Of a DNA stretch of 39,539 nt, positions 12,310-25,296 are shown one piece after another. The position numbers and the translations under genes were made by a program. Positions within the stretch are counted from its first letter, which is position 1, and each line of letters starts with the position of its first letter. The stretch spans positions 1 to 39,539 of the forward strand of contig MCFE01000749.1 in the NCBI GenBank assembly GCA_002104905.1. The letters run 5' to 3'. The notes under the pieces are model-generated. The model searched no databases. It saw only the letters and a list, made by a program, of their open reading frames with translations, and was not told the origin of the DNA. The DNA comes from Basidiobolus meristosporus CBS 931.73. Lineage: Eukaryota; Fungi; Basidiobolomycota.

Positions 12310-15300
12310 TTTTGTGAAGGGGTGCCGCTGCGTGTCTTTCGGATAGAACGCTGCAAGGCTGGGTGTGCAAATTAATTGGGGCGATGAACGTTAGGCCAGG
12401 AATTCCTTTTATGTGGCTTTTGAGAGGATAGGCGTTGTGACTAAGATCTATTTTAAACTTTGAACCAATGTACGACACAATTGCTGATTGACGGAGAGCG
12501 TGGCATCTTATTCGAGAGTCAGAAAACATAGTAAAACTCTGATTGAAATATCCAGTGAAAGATGAAACAGGCTCTCCCTATTGGCCCAATCAGTGATCTG
12601 AAAGATGTATGCACCTAAATGAGATAGAGAATTAGATCATATTCACCGTATGACGAATCAGGGTTGTATTCATGTCGGCAGAAATAGAAAGCAACAACTC
12701 CTGTGGTTGGGTCTTCCCAAAAATCAAGAGCGACCTAGGGGCACGTGTCCACTGGCTACATAGTCAGTGGATATTCGCATTCAAGCATCGTGCCAAAAAT
12801 AGGCGTTGGCGCTGCACCAAGAACAAAAATCACCCGCATTCATCAAGGTTAGGTTGAGGCTCCAGATGAAGCCCCATGCCACCGAGCCATATGATATTAT
12901 TTCCTCTTTTGGACATCCAGAGTTTGTCACTGAGCAGGTTTCAATCCTGACTCCCTACTAGTGAACCGAAGCGCTTGTTGTCCAATCAGCAAAGGCCAAC
13001 TGCCATCCCACCACTTGTGCAACGGTAAACTGAAATGAGCCGGATGCGACAGGAAGATTTCAACTAAACAATCTCTAACACCTGTTCCAAGGAAAACGAT
13101 ACCCTTGGGTTTCCACTACGCTCGACGTAGCACTCCCTTGATCAGAACTAGATATGCGTCCATCAAACCACCCGTAGCCCTCTTTCCATTTCTGGCTCAC
13201 CGTTGTGTATCGTTGGCATTGACTCATTAATTGAGGGTTCGGATTTGACGTTCCCGTGGCTGCACATTTGTTCAACCGTGTTGCGTTGCACTGGTGATCA
13301 TGATGATCACCTCGATTGAGGCAATTGAAGTCGGCTTGAGGCCACTGTCACTATCAGGCGATGCAGATTAAGAAACACTTGCAGCTCATGGGAAAATCTA
13401 GGAGAGCTGCGTGGTCTTTCGTTGACGCTACTTTCATTAGTAGATCTAGATGTCGATGTTGGCTGGCATCGACGGCTACACACCGTCCCCATGGCACAGG
13501 GGTTCTACGTCTATATGGCCGCTTGTGAGGAACTAATAGGACGTTAATGCTCGGATAGATGGACGTAATAGGAAGGGGGTTAGTATGGGGCAGTTGTACA
13601 AGGCCGCACTAAAAACACTCCTACTATTTGTGTAGTTAAGGTTACGCGTAGGAATGCAACTATTTCCATATCCGAACTTTATCCGAGTATGATCTAGAAT
13701 TCACATGAGCCCCGGAACTTGCAGCAGCTACAACACGCAAGACGTTGCCTCGTTGCTGTACTGCGATGGAGATGTTTGCATCCTGGCTGCGCATCATGGT
13801 GATGGTAGTGAGTGAGATTCAAGGTTGGTTGTTTGGGTGCAGGATAGTCAACGGTTGAGCCGGTTTATTGTTGCTGGGCTCTGGATCGGCAAATCCCATT
13901 GTACAAGGGATGCAAATTTTATTAAGCTTGATGTGAGTGGGTGGAGGGGTAGGAGATTCATACAAATCAAGGGACGTTCCCGCAAGATCCTGAGCTTGCT
14001 ATGCCGATCTGGGTGTATCTTAAACTTTTTTTGAAATCGATGGCTCATCTGATGGAGGGAGCGATGGTTTGGGTGATGATTGCAAATGGATTCCAGGTTT
14101 TTTGAGAATGGTGCTTGGATCCTCGGCTGACACCCATATTTGTCAACACAAATAGAAATGCATCAATAAATATGCAAACTGTTAGACATGTTCAGAAAAG
14201 CCAAGACATAGTCACCGATCCAGGGACTGCACTTCCACTCTCTTGTGAGGCCAGGGTCCTGATTGTGTTCCTTTAGCCATCTGCTACCCGATACCCATTG
14301 GGTTTTCTGAAAGGCACCATCCTTAGTTGTGGTAGCCAATCTGGCTAGAATTCTAACGCTAAGGCTCTTCTTTAGCCACCCCACGAGTGCAGCCCCTCTG
14401 TCAAAAGCATGGTCACTAAATCGCTGGCGTAAAGTAGATCCACTCGAGAGCATAGTGTCTGGAAACATCAGCCTCCTCGAATTCAGATCTGCCTTGTCAG
14501 CAGAGTTAATCCCGCGGAATCCAGGAAACTCTAGTCCAACGATCCCTGGATAAGATAGGGTTTCAGGGGCTTTAAGGCACCCGCTACTAGGTTTAACCAC
14601 ACACCCACCTGGAAGCACTATTCGCCGTTGCCTTCTCCCTGTGCAACAGATACAGAGCAACGCAGCAGGCCTTCTCTCTAGGCCCTCCTACTATTTCCTT
14701 CCTGCCCGAAGTGCAAAATTGGTAGCTAGATTTTCCTAAATGCTCATTCGCATAGTGGCCAAAGTGGTGGTGAGACCTTGCAGCAATACCAATCCTACGA
14801 ATTGCATGGCTATTAGAGAACACTTGAATATAGGCAACATATACGTTTCATCTCCTGAATCCAATAAAATGCCAATGGTGCGCGATCAGAAGAGTATCTA
14901 ACAGTACGCTGGCTGTTTGGGACTCCACCATAGCAATGCTGGCTACGCTAGGAGCTGAGTTTGCTTGCTTAATATGGTTTGGTTTCGAGTGTAGATGTGA
15001 GGCCGTTCAAGGTTCCAAAAATGATTCGAGTGCCTATACTCTGTTTCGCAGGCTGAGGGGAGTCGATCAGCAGTACCAGACACTATAGTGAAAGGCAAGA
15101 TTAACCATTGACGCCTATTTGGAATAGCCAATACCAGAGCCTCACCGTATCTTCCTGGACAGCAACGATGCTCTATCTTTAAAACTCCTCTTCGCTCTCT
15201 ACCTTACGAGCACGTTCCCTTCCACAACACCCACCGCGTGATCAAGACTAGTGATGCAAACTTACACAAGAGTACGTGAGGACCGGGTCTGCGAAAGAAA

Positions 15301-16421
15301 AGCAAGGTCGTTTCGACTGGTCATCTCCAGCAAATCCGGTTTTCATACCACCTGAGCTCTATCGAGATCCATTCATATAACACAGTTGGTAATCCACCAA
15401 ACCAGGCAAATCAACACTGCCAAAAATAACAGACAAGCTGCACGGTACAATATGGCATTCTACAGGAATCATGCGGAACAACCAGGCTTAATTCATATTC
15501 TTCAGAGCTCTCCGCTTCAATTTGGACCATCGTTGCTCCAAAACAAGAACTCGATGTGTTATCACCTGACACCTCCAATCCGCCGAGCTGAACTGCAGCG
15601 CTACAATCCATGCAAATCAGCTAGAAGCGGTGATCATGTGCTGGATGTGAAATGGCAAATGATTCGGCCAGGAGCGTCAATTTATATATATATATACCTT
15701 CCACCAGCAATATCGGATATGATGTGTGGATGCTCAGGGGATCATGAGTACACTCGAATGCTCCGTATGTTCTAGCGTTAGGAGATGAGACATCTGGCCC
15801 GCCCAACCAGGTATTTGTGGTTGCATATTGATTGTTTTCGTATCAAAAGGGGCTAAAACCTGGCAACATCGGTGAGATGTGGATTAGGCGATGAGTCGCA
15901 AACCTACCAAAGTCACGTGACATCACGGTCCATCGCTCCAGCCTATGGGAAGGAGGGAGCAGCCCTCGCTTGGAGTCTTTTGAGGCCATGTTGAACGACA
16001 GGCTTCCGTCCACACACAGGAACCATGCCAATCCAATCAATACATAAATGAGATCGTGGTAACCATGCCAGGCGCAGCAACTGGTGGAATTAATATAGAA
16101 GCCAAGCAAAGGCCTCAACCCACCGCCTAAGCAGCTTTCCTGGCCTAACCCAATGGATTGCAGGCCAACACAACGCATGCTGGTCCAATCAGGTGGGGCG
16201 ATGTTTGCGATGGAGCTGTCAGGATCCTGCGCAAAATCCAGACAGTTGGTTAAAAAGGATCTGGATGGGCTGGAAATCATGCTGAGCAAAGTGTGCATAG
16301 TATCCAGCATAAAGTGAAAAAAAGATTGTCTCGGGGATCTAGGCGAAGGGAATAAAAATTCCACCCGCTCATCGAGTGTTCCGCCTTTTTCACTCATTCA
16401 TCCTTTGTGAAATCTACCATC

Positions 16422-16883
16422 ATGGTAAGTGGTCCAAATTACTCTCTTAAGATAGGAATGGATGGATCCATCAACATCGTTCGATTGTTATGATAAGGGC
16501 AGTTCAAATTGACTTATGTGCTTGTATAATCGTAGACCACGAAGAGAAGAAACCACGGACGTAACAAGAGTGGACGCGGTCACGTCAAGCCCGTCCGTTG
16601 CGTCAACTGTGCCCGTTGCGTTCCCAAGGACAAGGCTATCAAGCGCTTCACCATCCGTAACATGGTTGAATCTGCCGCTGTTCGTGATCTTAAGGAGGCT
16701 TCTGTTTACGCTGAATACGCTCTCCCCAAGTTGTACGTGAAGTTGCACTACTGCATTTCTTGCGCTATCCATCAACACATCGTCCGTGTTCGTTCCACCG
16801 TTGGCCGTAGAATCAGAACCCCTCCTCCTAGATTCAGATTCGACCGCGATGGTAAGAAGACCACTGCCACCAAGACTGCCTAA
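16422..16883 (+). CDS. RPS26: 40S ribosomal protein eS26; ATG-only first exon, intron 16425-16535
   Basis: M|[51 protein letters not shown]...YCISCAIH...RVRS. Confidence 0.98.
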
Positions 16884-17128
16884 GTGTAGGTTGGTTCGCG
16901 GTTAAGAAGTTTTTATCTATTGAATTGCTCAATAAATCACAAAGACTCGAATCATCATCGTGCACTATCCGAGTACATCATTACAAACACGGGAAACTGG
17001 CCGCTGCGGCGTCTTGTCCGCAAGAGAGCCGTAAAGAAAGCCGCCTTGCGGCACTTATATTGTAACAAGATATTTATTGGTGGATGTGAATGGTCAAGCT
17101 AGGCACGGTGGGTGGGCCAACCTGGTCT

Positions 17129-20004
17129 CTACAACAGCTCGGCGTCTTCCAAGTACCGATATTCAAATCTGCGCCGAAGTTAGTATGGGTGGGGCACGGG
17201 TAGGATGTGTAATAGCGGTCTATTCACCTGAATTCGGTTTTTTTCCGCTGACACCAGGCTCCTTCGTAATCGAAGTATATGTACGTTCCTTGCTCGTAAT
17301 CCTCCGTTATCGTTTTTGGTTCCTCGTGACGTTGGAACCACGTTAGGTACTTCTTATGAAACCGCCACGACTGTTTTTTGAGTTCTCTGGCCGCGAGGTA
17401 TCTAAATGGAATAAAGCACGCCCGTTGAAGGTGGATCATGCAGTCCGGAATGCATTGGGAGCACGTACTGTTGATAGGTTCCTTGTTGGTAGTAGAAAAT
17501 AAAAAACAACGTGTCCAGGTCGAATCTTTCGTAGAATGCCGGGTTGTTTAGAATCGGCATCACCGACTGAGGATAGTATGTCGGGGTGGCGTGCGCATTC
17601 TTGGGCGTGTAGAACTTGGGCCTAGTTTGTCAAGACGTCAGAATCAACGCAGAGTTGGTTACGTGATGATCACGCGGCTCGTTGCAAAGCATACTTTTCA
17701 AGATCCATACTGTTTGGCAAGAGCATGAAGCTTGTATCGAGCATCTCTTGATCGCCAGCGTAGTTTCCTCCTTCCACTGTGTTGGGCGCTCATTAGAGAG
17801 TGAAATCGAAGGACAGCGCATGTAGAGCATTACCCTTCTCTTTGATGGAGTCAAGTGCAGGCACCAAATCTACAAGTACTGGTGGAATATTGTTGTCTAC
17901 CTCCAGGGGTTGGCTGCTGTGTTGCGATGTATCAGAGTCAACACATGGTTGCTAAATAGAGATGCCTGTCAGAAATTCCAATAATGCAGTACTGATGGCT
18001 CCTGCGCACCTCGTTGAGCTCGGCGAGATTTGTGGGCACGAGATGAACGGTACTTGCTGGTATCCGGTCGATGGGTGATGATTGCTTCTCAGACACTGGC
18101 GAAGGTCGCATGTTTTGGTTCACCGCCTCCACTGGTCTTTCAGAAGAGTCCTTCGTTATATCTGGTGTCTTCTTGCTGATTTCTCTTGATAGACTCAGCC
18201 CCACATCTTAAGTAGATACCGTGTTACTTGGGATTCTGATCAAGCAAGCATGTCAAGAAGAACCAACTTGGGGGACTGGTTTGTTCCTCAGATTTGCGCT
18301 CACTCGAAGTAGCGCTGGTGGTTGGCGAAGAATGGATTACCACTGCGGAGGAGTATGAGGGGTGGGGGAGCACAACTGTGGCGGGTGTCTTGGGATTGAC
18401 GGACTTCGCCAACATGGAAGCCACCGAGGGCTTGCTCGGGCTAATGCTTGGAGATATCGGTGTCGCATGTGGCGCTTGGATGGTAAAAGGTCAGGTGAGT
18501 TTCGTAGGACGTGTTGGGTTGAAGTGCATAGGTGGTTACTACTGTCAGAGACGGCATCTTTTGAGATGGCGGTGGCGGGTTCTGTATAGAGGGTTAGTGA
18601 ATCAGCAAGTGCACTGATAAGGCAGCACCTTACTAACTTCGAGTGCTCAGTACAGTGGGCTTCAAGGCCGATGAGCTGGATGTCGATGACACCTCCGATA
18701 TCTATTCCGATCAGCAATACTGCCACACACTGCAATCCAAATACTTGACGATTACCTCTTCTGCCTTGGGGCCGCGTTTGTCTTCTTTTTCAACCTTCAG
18801 TGTCGTAAGATGGTTTTAGAGAATGCGACGAGCGAAAAGAAGCTCATGGCGGTTGCAAACCTCCTTCTGGCTCCGTAGGTCTGCTTGTTGCCAAAGATTC
18901 CTTGGTTAAATCCATCCCACTTTCGAGGTTTAAAAATTAGGCATCTACCTTCGTGTATGGAGCCATGGCTGCTCAACGGCTCCTCGTTACCGATTTGGTA
19001 AAGCTCCTCCTCTTCTTCCAGATTCAGATCCTCATACACGTACTCATCCTCCTCAAAGTCGGATTCCTAATCCAATCCCAGTTATATGGCTAGGCTTCCT
19101 AGCTCCCCCGAGCCTATAAGTGACCACTCACCTCATTCGCCTCAATGTAGTAGTTGATGGTCTCTTGAATATCCTCAACCTATCAAGCAGAACAAGTTAG
19201 CAGGTGATTGGGAATTCCTAAAATAGGTGGTCTAATCACTTTTTCTGTCTCGATCCTACCGTTTTCTAGTAAACGAAGGATAAGCTCAAGGCGGTTTATG
19301 TGGTACTTGTCTCGTTCCATGATATATTCTACTTGTCCCAATCTCTCCAGTTTTGCAGCATCTTTTTTCCCCTTTTTTATGGCAGCTTCCAAGATCTCCT
19401 CCTCAGCTCCCAAACGCTCCAGTTTCTCACCAAGTTGGTCTACCACCGAGCCCACCCACTGACAGACCTCCATCTTCTTCCGCTCTTGCGGGTCAAGCCG
19501 AGCAGATTGACTTAAACCCTCTTTGGAGTAAGCCTTTGTCTTCATCTCCTTTTCACAGGCTTTGAACCGCTCCATTTGCTATGAAGTCCAACAGTATGAT
19601 AGGTCAGCAGACGCACTCTCCAAAAATCAAAAGCCTGGCGAAGGAAACGACGGCAGACTCACATACCTGCTCGATAAGCTTCCTATTTTCGATCAGCACT
19701 CGTTTATCCTTTATCTCGTTTGAAGAAATCCAACTTTTGATTTGGTCTCGTTGACGCTGTAGCTTTTTTATCTCTTTTTTCAGGTCCTGTTCTAATTTTT
19801 CCTTCTGGTTACTATTGTTGCTTGATTGGATTTTGTCGTAGATTTCCTCAAAAGTTTCCACCCCTTCAGCCACTTTCTTTAGCACCCGGTCGATTTCCGC
19901 TGTGTGGATAGGTCATGTAATTAGCGCAAAGGTCAACGGGATCCTCTTTCATGTAAGGCGGCATTAGGAAGTAATGCTACGGTACCTTGTAGTTTTCGAC
20001 TCAT
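17129..20004 (-). CDS. NOT3: CCR4-NOT complex subunit Not3/Not5, many short GT-AG introns
   Basis: N-terminus MSRKLQA|[22 protein letters not shown]...[24 protein letters not shown]...[22 protein letters not shown]-terminal NOT box ...[29 protein letters not shown]...[19 protein letters not shown]|[12 protein letters not shown]. Middle exon boundaries not all resolved. Confidence 0.95.
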
Positions 20005-20442
20005 ACTGTGGAGGTGTTAAGAGTGCAAGTGCTGGTGAGCTATTTCACAAGGATATTAGGTGGCACTGATATGAGTGTGTGGAAAATTAGGGCAACCTTC
20101 CCAATGGGAAGGATCAAGGGATCTCAGCTGGATCTGGCAGATCTTATGCTCACATCCGTCACAGAGGGTTTAGCTGTGATTGCCACTCGAATATCGCAAT
20201 CTGGATTCTGTCAATTTGTATATTCCGAAATAGATCAAACGAATGGTCGATTTTGGCAGTCTAACCCAGATGCATTTACGTGCGTCGAATGGAACATGAT
20301 CCGCACAAATCTATCCCATTTACACATGGTAAATCGAAACTCCAACATCACGTGTGGAAAATTTTGAACATTTCCTTGACAAATAGAACAAATGCTACTT
20401 ACAGTATCACCACTCGACCTCTACTAGTGCAAAAACATAGTA

Positions 20443-21230
20443 ATGGTAAAGTTCCTTTCCAATACTATCTAGATAACCTTTCCTGATAATGTCCTAGGCA
20501 TTCTCCATCCAGTCCCGTTTATTCCTCGGCGTTGCTCGTCAAAGCCTGGCAAGGTAAGCGTCCTGAGAAGAGGATTCACGGCATCTCTGGTCTAATTCAA
20601 CGCCTTCAGACAGGTTCCACGTATCTCGTCTGCCTCTATTTTGGTTAGACGTCAGCGTTTCTACTCAACGGAGGCCGCACCTACACCTGGTGATAATAAG
20701 GCTGCTAGTCCCAAGATTACCAACATTGTCGACGAGATATCCGGCCTTACATTATTGGAGACTGCTGACCTCGTGAAGCTGTTGAAGGAAAAACTCAACA
20801 TCCAGGATATTGCTGCTCCAGTGATGCAAGTTGCAGCTGTGGGCTCCCCTGCTGGAGGATCAGTTGCGCCCGAGGTACTTTGATTTTTAAGCAATATGCC
20901 TATGCATTTCCCAACTCAACCCTTTCCATAGGAGGAAAAGGCTTCTGAGAAGAGCATGTTTAATGTCAAGCTGGAGAAGTTTGACCCAGCTTCTAAAGCC
21001 AAGATCATCCGTGAAATCAAGGGTATCATTCCAGGCTGTAACTTGGTCGAGGTATGTTACTCCACTTATCCTATTGATCCCAACGATCGAATTACTCATT
21101 CGTTATCTTCTAGGCCAAGAAATTCGTCGAGAGCGCACCCAAGGTGATTAAGGAAAACCTTCCAAAGGAGGAGGCTGAAGCCCTCAAGAAGACCCTAGAG
21201 GCTCTCGGGGCTACCATTGTTATGGAATAA
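20443..21230 (+). CDS. MRPL12: Mitochondrial ribosomal protein bL12m (L7/L12; yeast MNP1-like), 5 exons
   Basis: The spliced product begins with an Arg/Ser-rich presequence (M|[19 protein letters not shown]|QVPRISS...). It continues [26 protein letters not shown]...[25 protein letters not shown]...NLVE|[38 protein letters not shown]. Confidence 0.93.
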
Positions 21231-21474
21231 GTTAGATACTATGTCCTGATCATATTGTAAAACGAAGGCCACATCAAAAATCATAGCTTCGTAATCTCAT
21301 ATCATCTCAACTATCACACAATAAAGTCCTGCATTTTAGAACTCATAATTCCTACTACCGCCAGATATTTAGTGGATAGTACACATGGGTTTGGGAATTA
21401 TGAATCGATTTAGGTCAAGTTGCAAGTATTGATCGATATGAAATAAACATTTATTCAACATATGAACTGTGAAT

Positions 21475-24400
21475 CTAACGTTGGTTTGCTTTGCTTGCTC
21501 TAGCAGAATCCAACATTATTTGCCCAGAATTCTTTTCCATTTCGCCTTCTAGCGCCATGCGTTCGTTACCAACCATATGCCCAACACTTTCTTTGACCGT
21601 TCCCTTAACTTTTTCCAATATGCCTCCGAAACTGCTTGGGTGTTTATCTCGGGAGATATATGTTTCTTCCGGGAAATCTCCAGGCATACGTTGTGGATGA
21701 GTCGCGTCCAGTTGCGGTTGAGCAGCACCATGAATACGGTTACTTGCGGTATCGGAGAAGCGAGAATGTTCTTTACTTTCGTCATATCCCACACTCTCCC
21801 GTACACGGTGCTCGTACGCAGGGCCGCTCTCGTTTAAGTCCCTAGCTCCATGGAGGTTATCGTACACCGGGATGTCGGTTATATCGTTGCTAGAGTTACC
21901 TATGAACGTGGGGTCATTCAGATTCATATCTTGAAGCCTGTTTTCGATGGGCTGATTGTGCACCTTATGGCTGTGTTGATCCATTAAACCTGCAACACCG
22001 GTGCCTAGCACAACTCCTTTAGCTGCACTACCTTGGGCTTTGAAATCTGAAGTGTCACTTGTAGACATTTGGTTCGACGAAAGGTTGCGGCCAGTGGTGG
22101 TTGTGGTGTTGCTTGTTTCGGTGTAGGAATCCGGATTCAATATATTTCCCGAGGAATACAGATTTGGGTCGTATGGTGCGCCTTGAGCATTAGAGTCCGA
22201 TAGTCTGGATTTCTCGGTGGTACCTTCATCTTGAGGCTTCTCTTGTCTTGTCCGGTCCAGAGTATTTCTATCCGCTTCGCCCCGAGATATTGCTGAGCCG
22301 GCTATGCCTGCTCCTACCACCGAGCCACCAATGATGGACGCTGAGCTCTTGGCATCTCTTGAAGTTTCATTCCTGAAATCATTGCTGGCTGTTGTGTTCG
22401 CCGATCGATCAATGTTTGGTACGCCACTAGACGAGCCGGTCTTATCATTTTGTGATTTCCAACTTTCCTCGTTCCGGTACTGATTTGAATACTCGTCATA
22501 CCGGAGACTAGACTGCAGGTTTCCGGTGGGGTCGTTGTTTGCCACATTGCCGATGGATCTTTCACCCACAGTGGGATGTAATGTGCCACCAATGTGAGGT
22601 TGGGTTGAATCATATGCTGTTGCATTAGATGCTTCGTTTAGTGAATGCCCACCAAGCTTCTGAGTGGATCGATCATAAGGATTGTCCGCATTGGAGTGTC
22701 CATACTGGCCTTGATTTCCCGCTGCACTATCATCTTTCTCTGTTGCAAAATTGCCGCTTGAGTTGACTTGACTCCTATGGGATGCACTGGAATCATATTG
22801 AGACCTCTCTTGACTGTACTCATCTGTAGTAGTGTTGGCAATATCGCGGGTGTCTTCGCTCTTTTTGTGAGCTACGATTGCTGCACCCGCGGCCAAAGTA
22901 GAAGCGGCCGCAATACCTGCTCCGATGATAGTGGATGGCTTTGCTTGGTGTCCTGAGGTTTCTGCCCTCTGGGTGGTTTCTCCAATATCTTTTCGGTTAT
23001 CCCGATGGGTGACATTGGAGAATTTCGAGTAATCAGGCTCATTGGATCGAACCGGATCATTCCAGTCCGACTCACCGCGTGGCTGGTTGCTGGTCCATTT
23101 AGAATTGTCTTGAGCACTATTGGTGTAGTCTGTGGTTGTATCCGTCTCACCATAAGAGGTGTTGTATTCTGTAGAGCCAACACCGGTGTTCGCATTATAG
23201 TCATGTCTGGGTTGCGCTACGGGCTGGGCTGTAGCATCACGATTAACCTGGTTCTGATTAAAATCAGGAGCCTCATATTCCCTGGTGACAGTGGAAGTGT
23301 TTCTGTCAGCCGTGTTTTCATATCTGGAAACTCCAGAAGAAAGTGGATTAACGTTTTCGGTCTTAGGCTTGCTTGAGTGAGTGCCAACAATGGCGGCTCC
23401 AGCCCCAGCCCCTGCTGCTGCCGCTGTTGCGGCAATAGGAATATTTGATTGATGTTGTTGATCATACTTGCCAACAATTTCTTGATACCTGTTACTGGTG
23501 GTGTCTGTTACACCCCGATCTCCACCTGAAACATCAGTTACAGGAGCATTGATATCGTCACCATGCTGACTGTATTCAGTTCTTCCTGGAGAATATTCAC
23601 TCGACTGCTGTTGTACTACGATAGGTTGTCTGGAAGACTCGTCCTTAATAGATGACCTAGAGTATTCGTTTTGCTGCGAGCCAGAAGTAGCAAAATTTCC
23701 CTCATTTGCTCGTTTACTAATGCCACCGTAATCACCGGATTCATTGCGGGGTGTAGTAGAACCATGATGACTACTGTCTTGAATAGACTGATCGTTTTGT
23801 CCGCTTAAATTCTCGCTGAATTGTCGGCCTGTAGAATTGGAAGTAGCGAATTGCTGATTTCCTTCACTGATGCTGCCATACGTACTAGAATCCTTGGAAG
23901 GAATTGGGCTATAATAATCACTGTCTTGAATTGAATGATTATTTGTGTTGCTTCCGTAGTCCTCCCTAGAATGGTAACCTGTGGTACCGGTAGAAAAACG
24001 TTCACCAACACCTCCGTGTATCTTGGATTCTTCATGGGATACAGCAGGGCCATATCTACTACTCTCAAGAGATTGGTCATGTGCATTGCCTTTACCATCC
24101 TTCAACTTGTGACCCATTGCCACTGCGCCTGCACCGGCAGCGAGAATTCCTCCAGCTACTGGGGCGCTGAATTTTGCATCATGCCTGTCTCTTCCTATAG
24201 GAGTATTATTTGATCCTCTTGAGTAGTCTGCAGGCGACTTCCCCTCAACACCTGAAACAATTGCCGTAGTAGAAGAATTATCAACAACTCCCGAGCTATC
24301 CGGTGTTACACGTAGAGCGGTGTTTGAGTTGTCTGATTTGGCCAAGTTATCCACATGGATAGGGTTCTTCGATCCTGTTAAATTTGAGTCTAATGGCCTG

Positions 24401-25296
24401 GCAACGCTCTCGGAGGTAACAGAGGTAACAGGGACATGTTCCAAATTCGATCTTGAATTGGGAACATTGATTTGGGTTCCCGCGACTGTAGATTGTAAAT
24501 TCGGTTGTCTGTCCCGCTGAGCCATGCGTTCAAAATGTTCCCGATCAGGGTTCCCATCATCAACTACGAAGTTTTGGCTGCTGGATTTATCATTGTTGTC
24601 AGCCCTGTTCCTTTGGTCAGCGTATCCAGCTCCTTGGATACCAGCAGATGGTCGGATGCTGTGACCATGCTGCGTATGTGAAGGTACATATTCTGGCTCT
24701 TTGTCTCTATGGACCATGGCCTCAAATGTTTCACGAGTAGGGCTGCCATCTCTTGGAACATGGGTTTGCCGTTCGGACGACTTTTTATCGTCCTTGTGGC
24801 GATCGTGCTTGTGATCAGAGGATCTCGCTGCATAAGCAGCTGTTTGAGTAGCTACTGGTCCCTCAGATTTGTAGGAGGCATAACTGGGCTCCTTATCCCT
24901 ACCAACGATTCTTTCAAAGGTTTCGCGAGTAGGACTACCGTCTCGTGGAACATGATTTTTTTTTCTGGTTTGCGAATCGATCTCTTGCTTGTTGTGGCGA
25001 TCGTAGCTCCTATCTCCGACATTGCCAGATGAAGATATATTAGAAGTTGCGATTGGCACCGAGGTGGCTCCAATTCCAGTAGATGCGTCAACGACATGTT
25101 GTGATTTGATATGGGATGAGGCCAAGGAGGCCTCATCTCTGCCTACATTTGAAGGTAGCGGCGGCAGTGGCTTTTCCAGATATGCGCCAGTAGTGCTTGC
25201 ATGTCCCGGGAGTGATCGCTGCTTGGCTTGGTCAGACAGTTTTCCAACACTATTTACTAGCTCACCATCTTTAAATGCTTCGCGATTGCTTGACAT
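21475..25296 (-). CDS. 1273-aa intronless hydrophilic low-complexity repeat protein with C-terminal CsbD-like segment (hydrophilin/stress-protein-like)
   Basis: Single 3.8 kb ORF rich in S/T/N/D/G/Q, with internal peptide repeats. The C-terminus LEKVKGTVKESVGHMVGNERMALEGEMEKNSG resembles CsbD/YjbJ-type stress motifs (recognised from memory, no search run). Confidence 0.85.
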   Translation of the reverse strand: MSSNREAFKDGELVNSVGKLSDQAKQRSLPGHASTTGAYLEKPLPPLPSNVGRDEASLASSHIKSQHVVDASTGIGATSVPIATSNISSSGNVGDRSYDRHNKQEIDSQTRKKNHVPRDGSPTRETFERIVGRDKEPSYASYKSEGPVATQTAAYAARSSDHKHDRHKDDKKSSERQTHVPRDGSPTRETFEAMVHRDKEPEYVPSHTQHGHSIRPSAGIQGAGYADQRNRADNNDKSSSQNFVVDDGNPDREHFERMAQRDRQPNLQSTVAGTQINVPNSRSNLEHVPVTSVTSESVARPLDSNLTGSKNPIHVDNLAKSDNSNTALRVTPDSSGVVDNSSTTAIVSGVEGKSPADYSRGSNNTPIGRDRHDAKFSAPVAGGILAAGAGAVAMGHKLKDGKGNAHDQSLESSRYGPAVSHEESKIHGGVGERFSTGTTGYHSREDYGSNTNNHSIQDSDYYSPIPSKDSSTYGSISEGNQQFATSNSTGRQFSENLSGQNDQSIQDSSHHGSTTPRNESGDYGGISKRANEGNFATSGSQQNEYSRSSIKDESSRQPIVVQQQSSEYSPGRTEYSQHGDDINAPVTDVSGGDRGVTDTTSNRYQEIVGKYDQQHQSNIPIAATAAAAGAGAGAAIVGTHSSKPKTENVNPLSSGVSRYENTADRNTSTVTREYEAPDFNQNQVNRDATAQPVAQPRHDYNANTGVGSTEYNTSYGETDTTTDYTNSAQDNSKWTSNQPRGESDWNDPVRSNEPDYSKFSNVTHRDNRKDIGETTQRAETSGHQAKPSTIIGAGIAAASTLAAGAAIVAHKKSEDTRDIANTTTDEYSQERSQYDSSASHRSQVNSSGNFATEKDDSAAGNQGQYGHSNADNPYDRSTQKLGGHSLNEASNATAYDSTQPHIGGTLHPTVGERSIGNVANNDPTGNLQSSLRYDEYSNQYRNEESWKSQNDKTGSSSGVPNIDRSANTTASNDFRNETSRDAKSSASIIGGSVVGAGIAGSAISRGEADRNTLDRTRQEKPQDEGTTEKSRLSDSNAQGAPYDPNLYSSGNILNPDSYTETSNTTTTTGRNLSSNQMSTSDTSDFKAQGSAAKGVVLGTGVAGLMDQHSHKVHNQPIENRLQDMNLNDPTFIGNSSNDITDIPVYDNLHGARDLNESGPAYEHRVRESVGYDESKEHSRFSDTASNRIHGAAQPQLDATHPQRMPGDFPEETYISRDKHPSSFGGILEKVKGTVKESVGHMVGNERMALEGEMEKNSGQIMLDSARASKANQR

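Noticed and set aside
13075-14660. Short ORFs including MGTVCS... (possible myristoylation/palmitoylation start) and a Pro-rich frame with scattered stops
   Set aside because: The motif is too short to be significant and no gene model could be completed.
15340-16397. Possible small spliced minus-strand gene divergent from RPS26 (GT-AG pairs; terminal hydrophobic ...AACLLFLAVLICLVWW...)
   Set aside because: No set of exon phases gave an open, recognisable protein. Needs RNA-seq.
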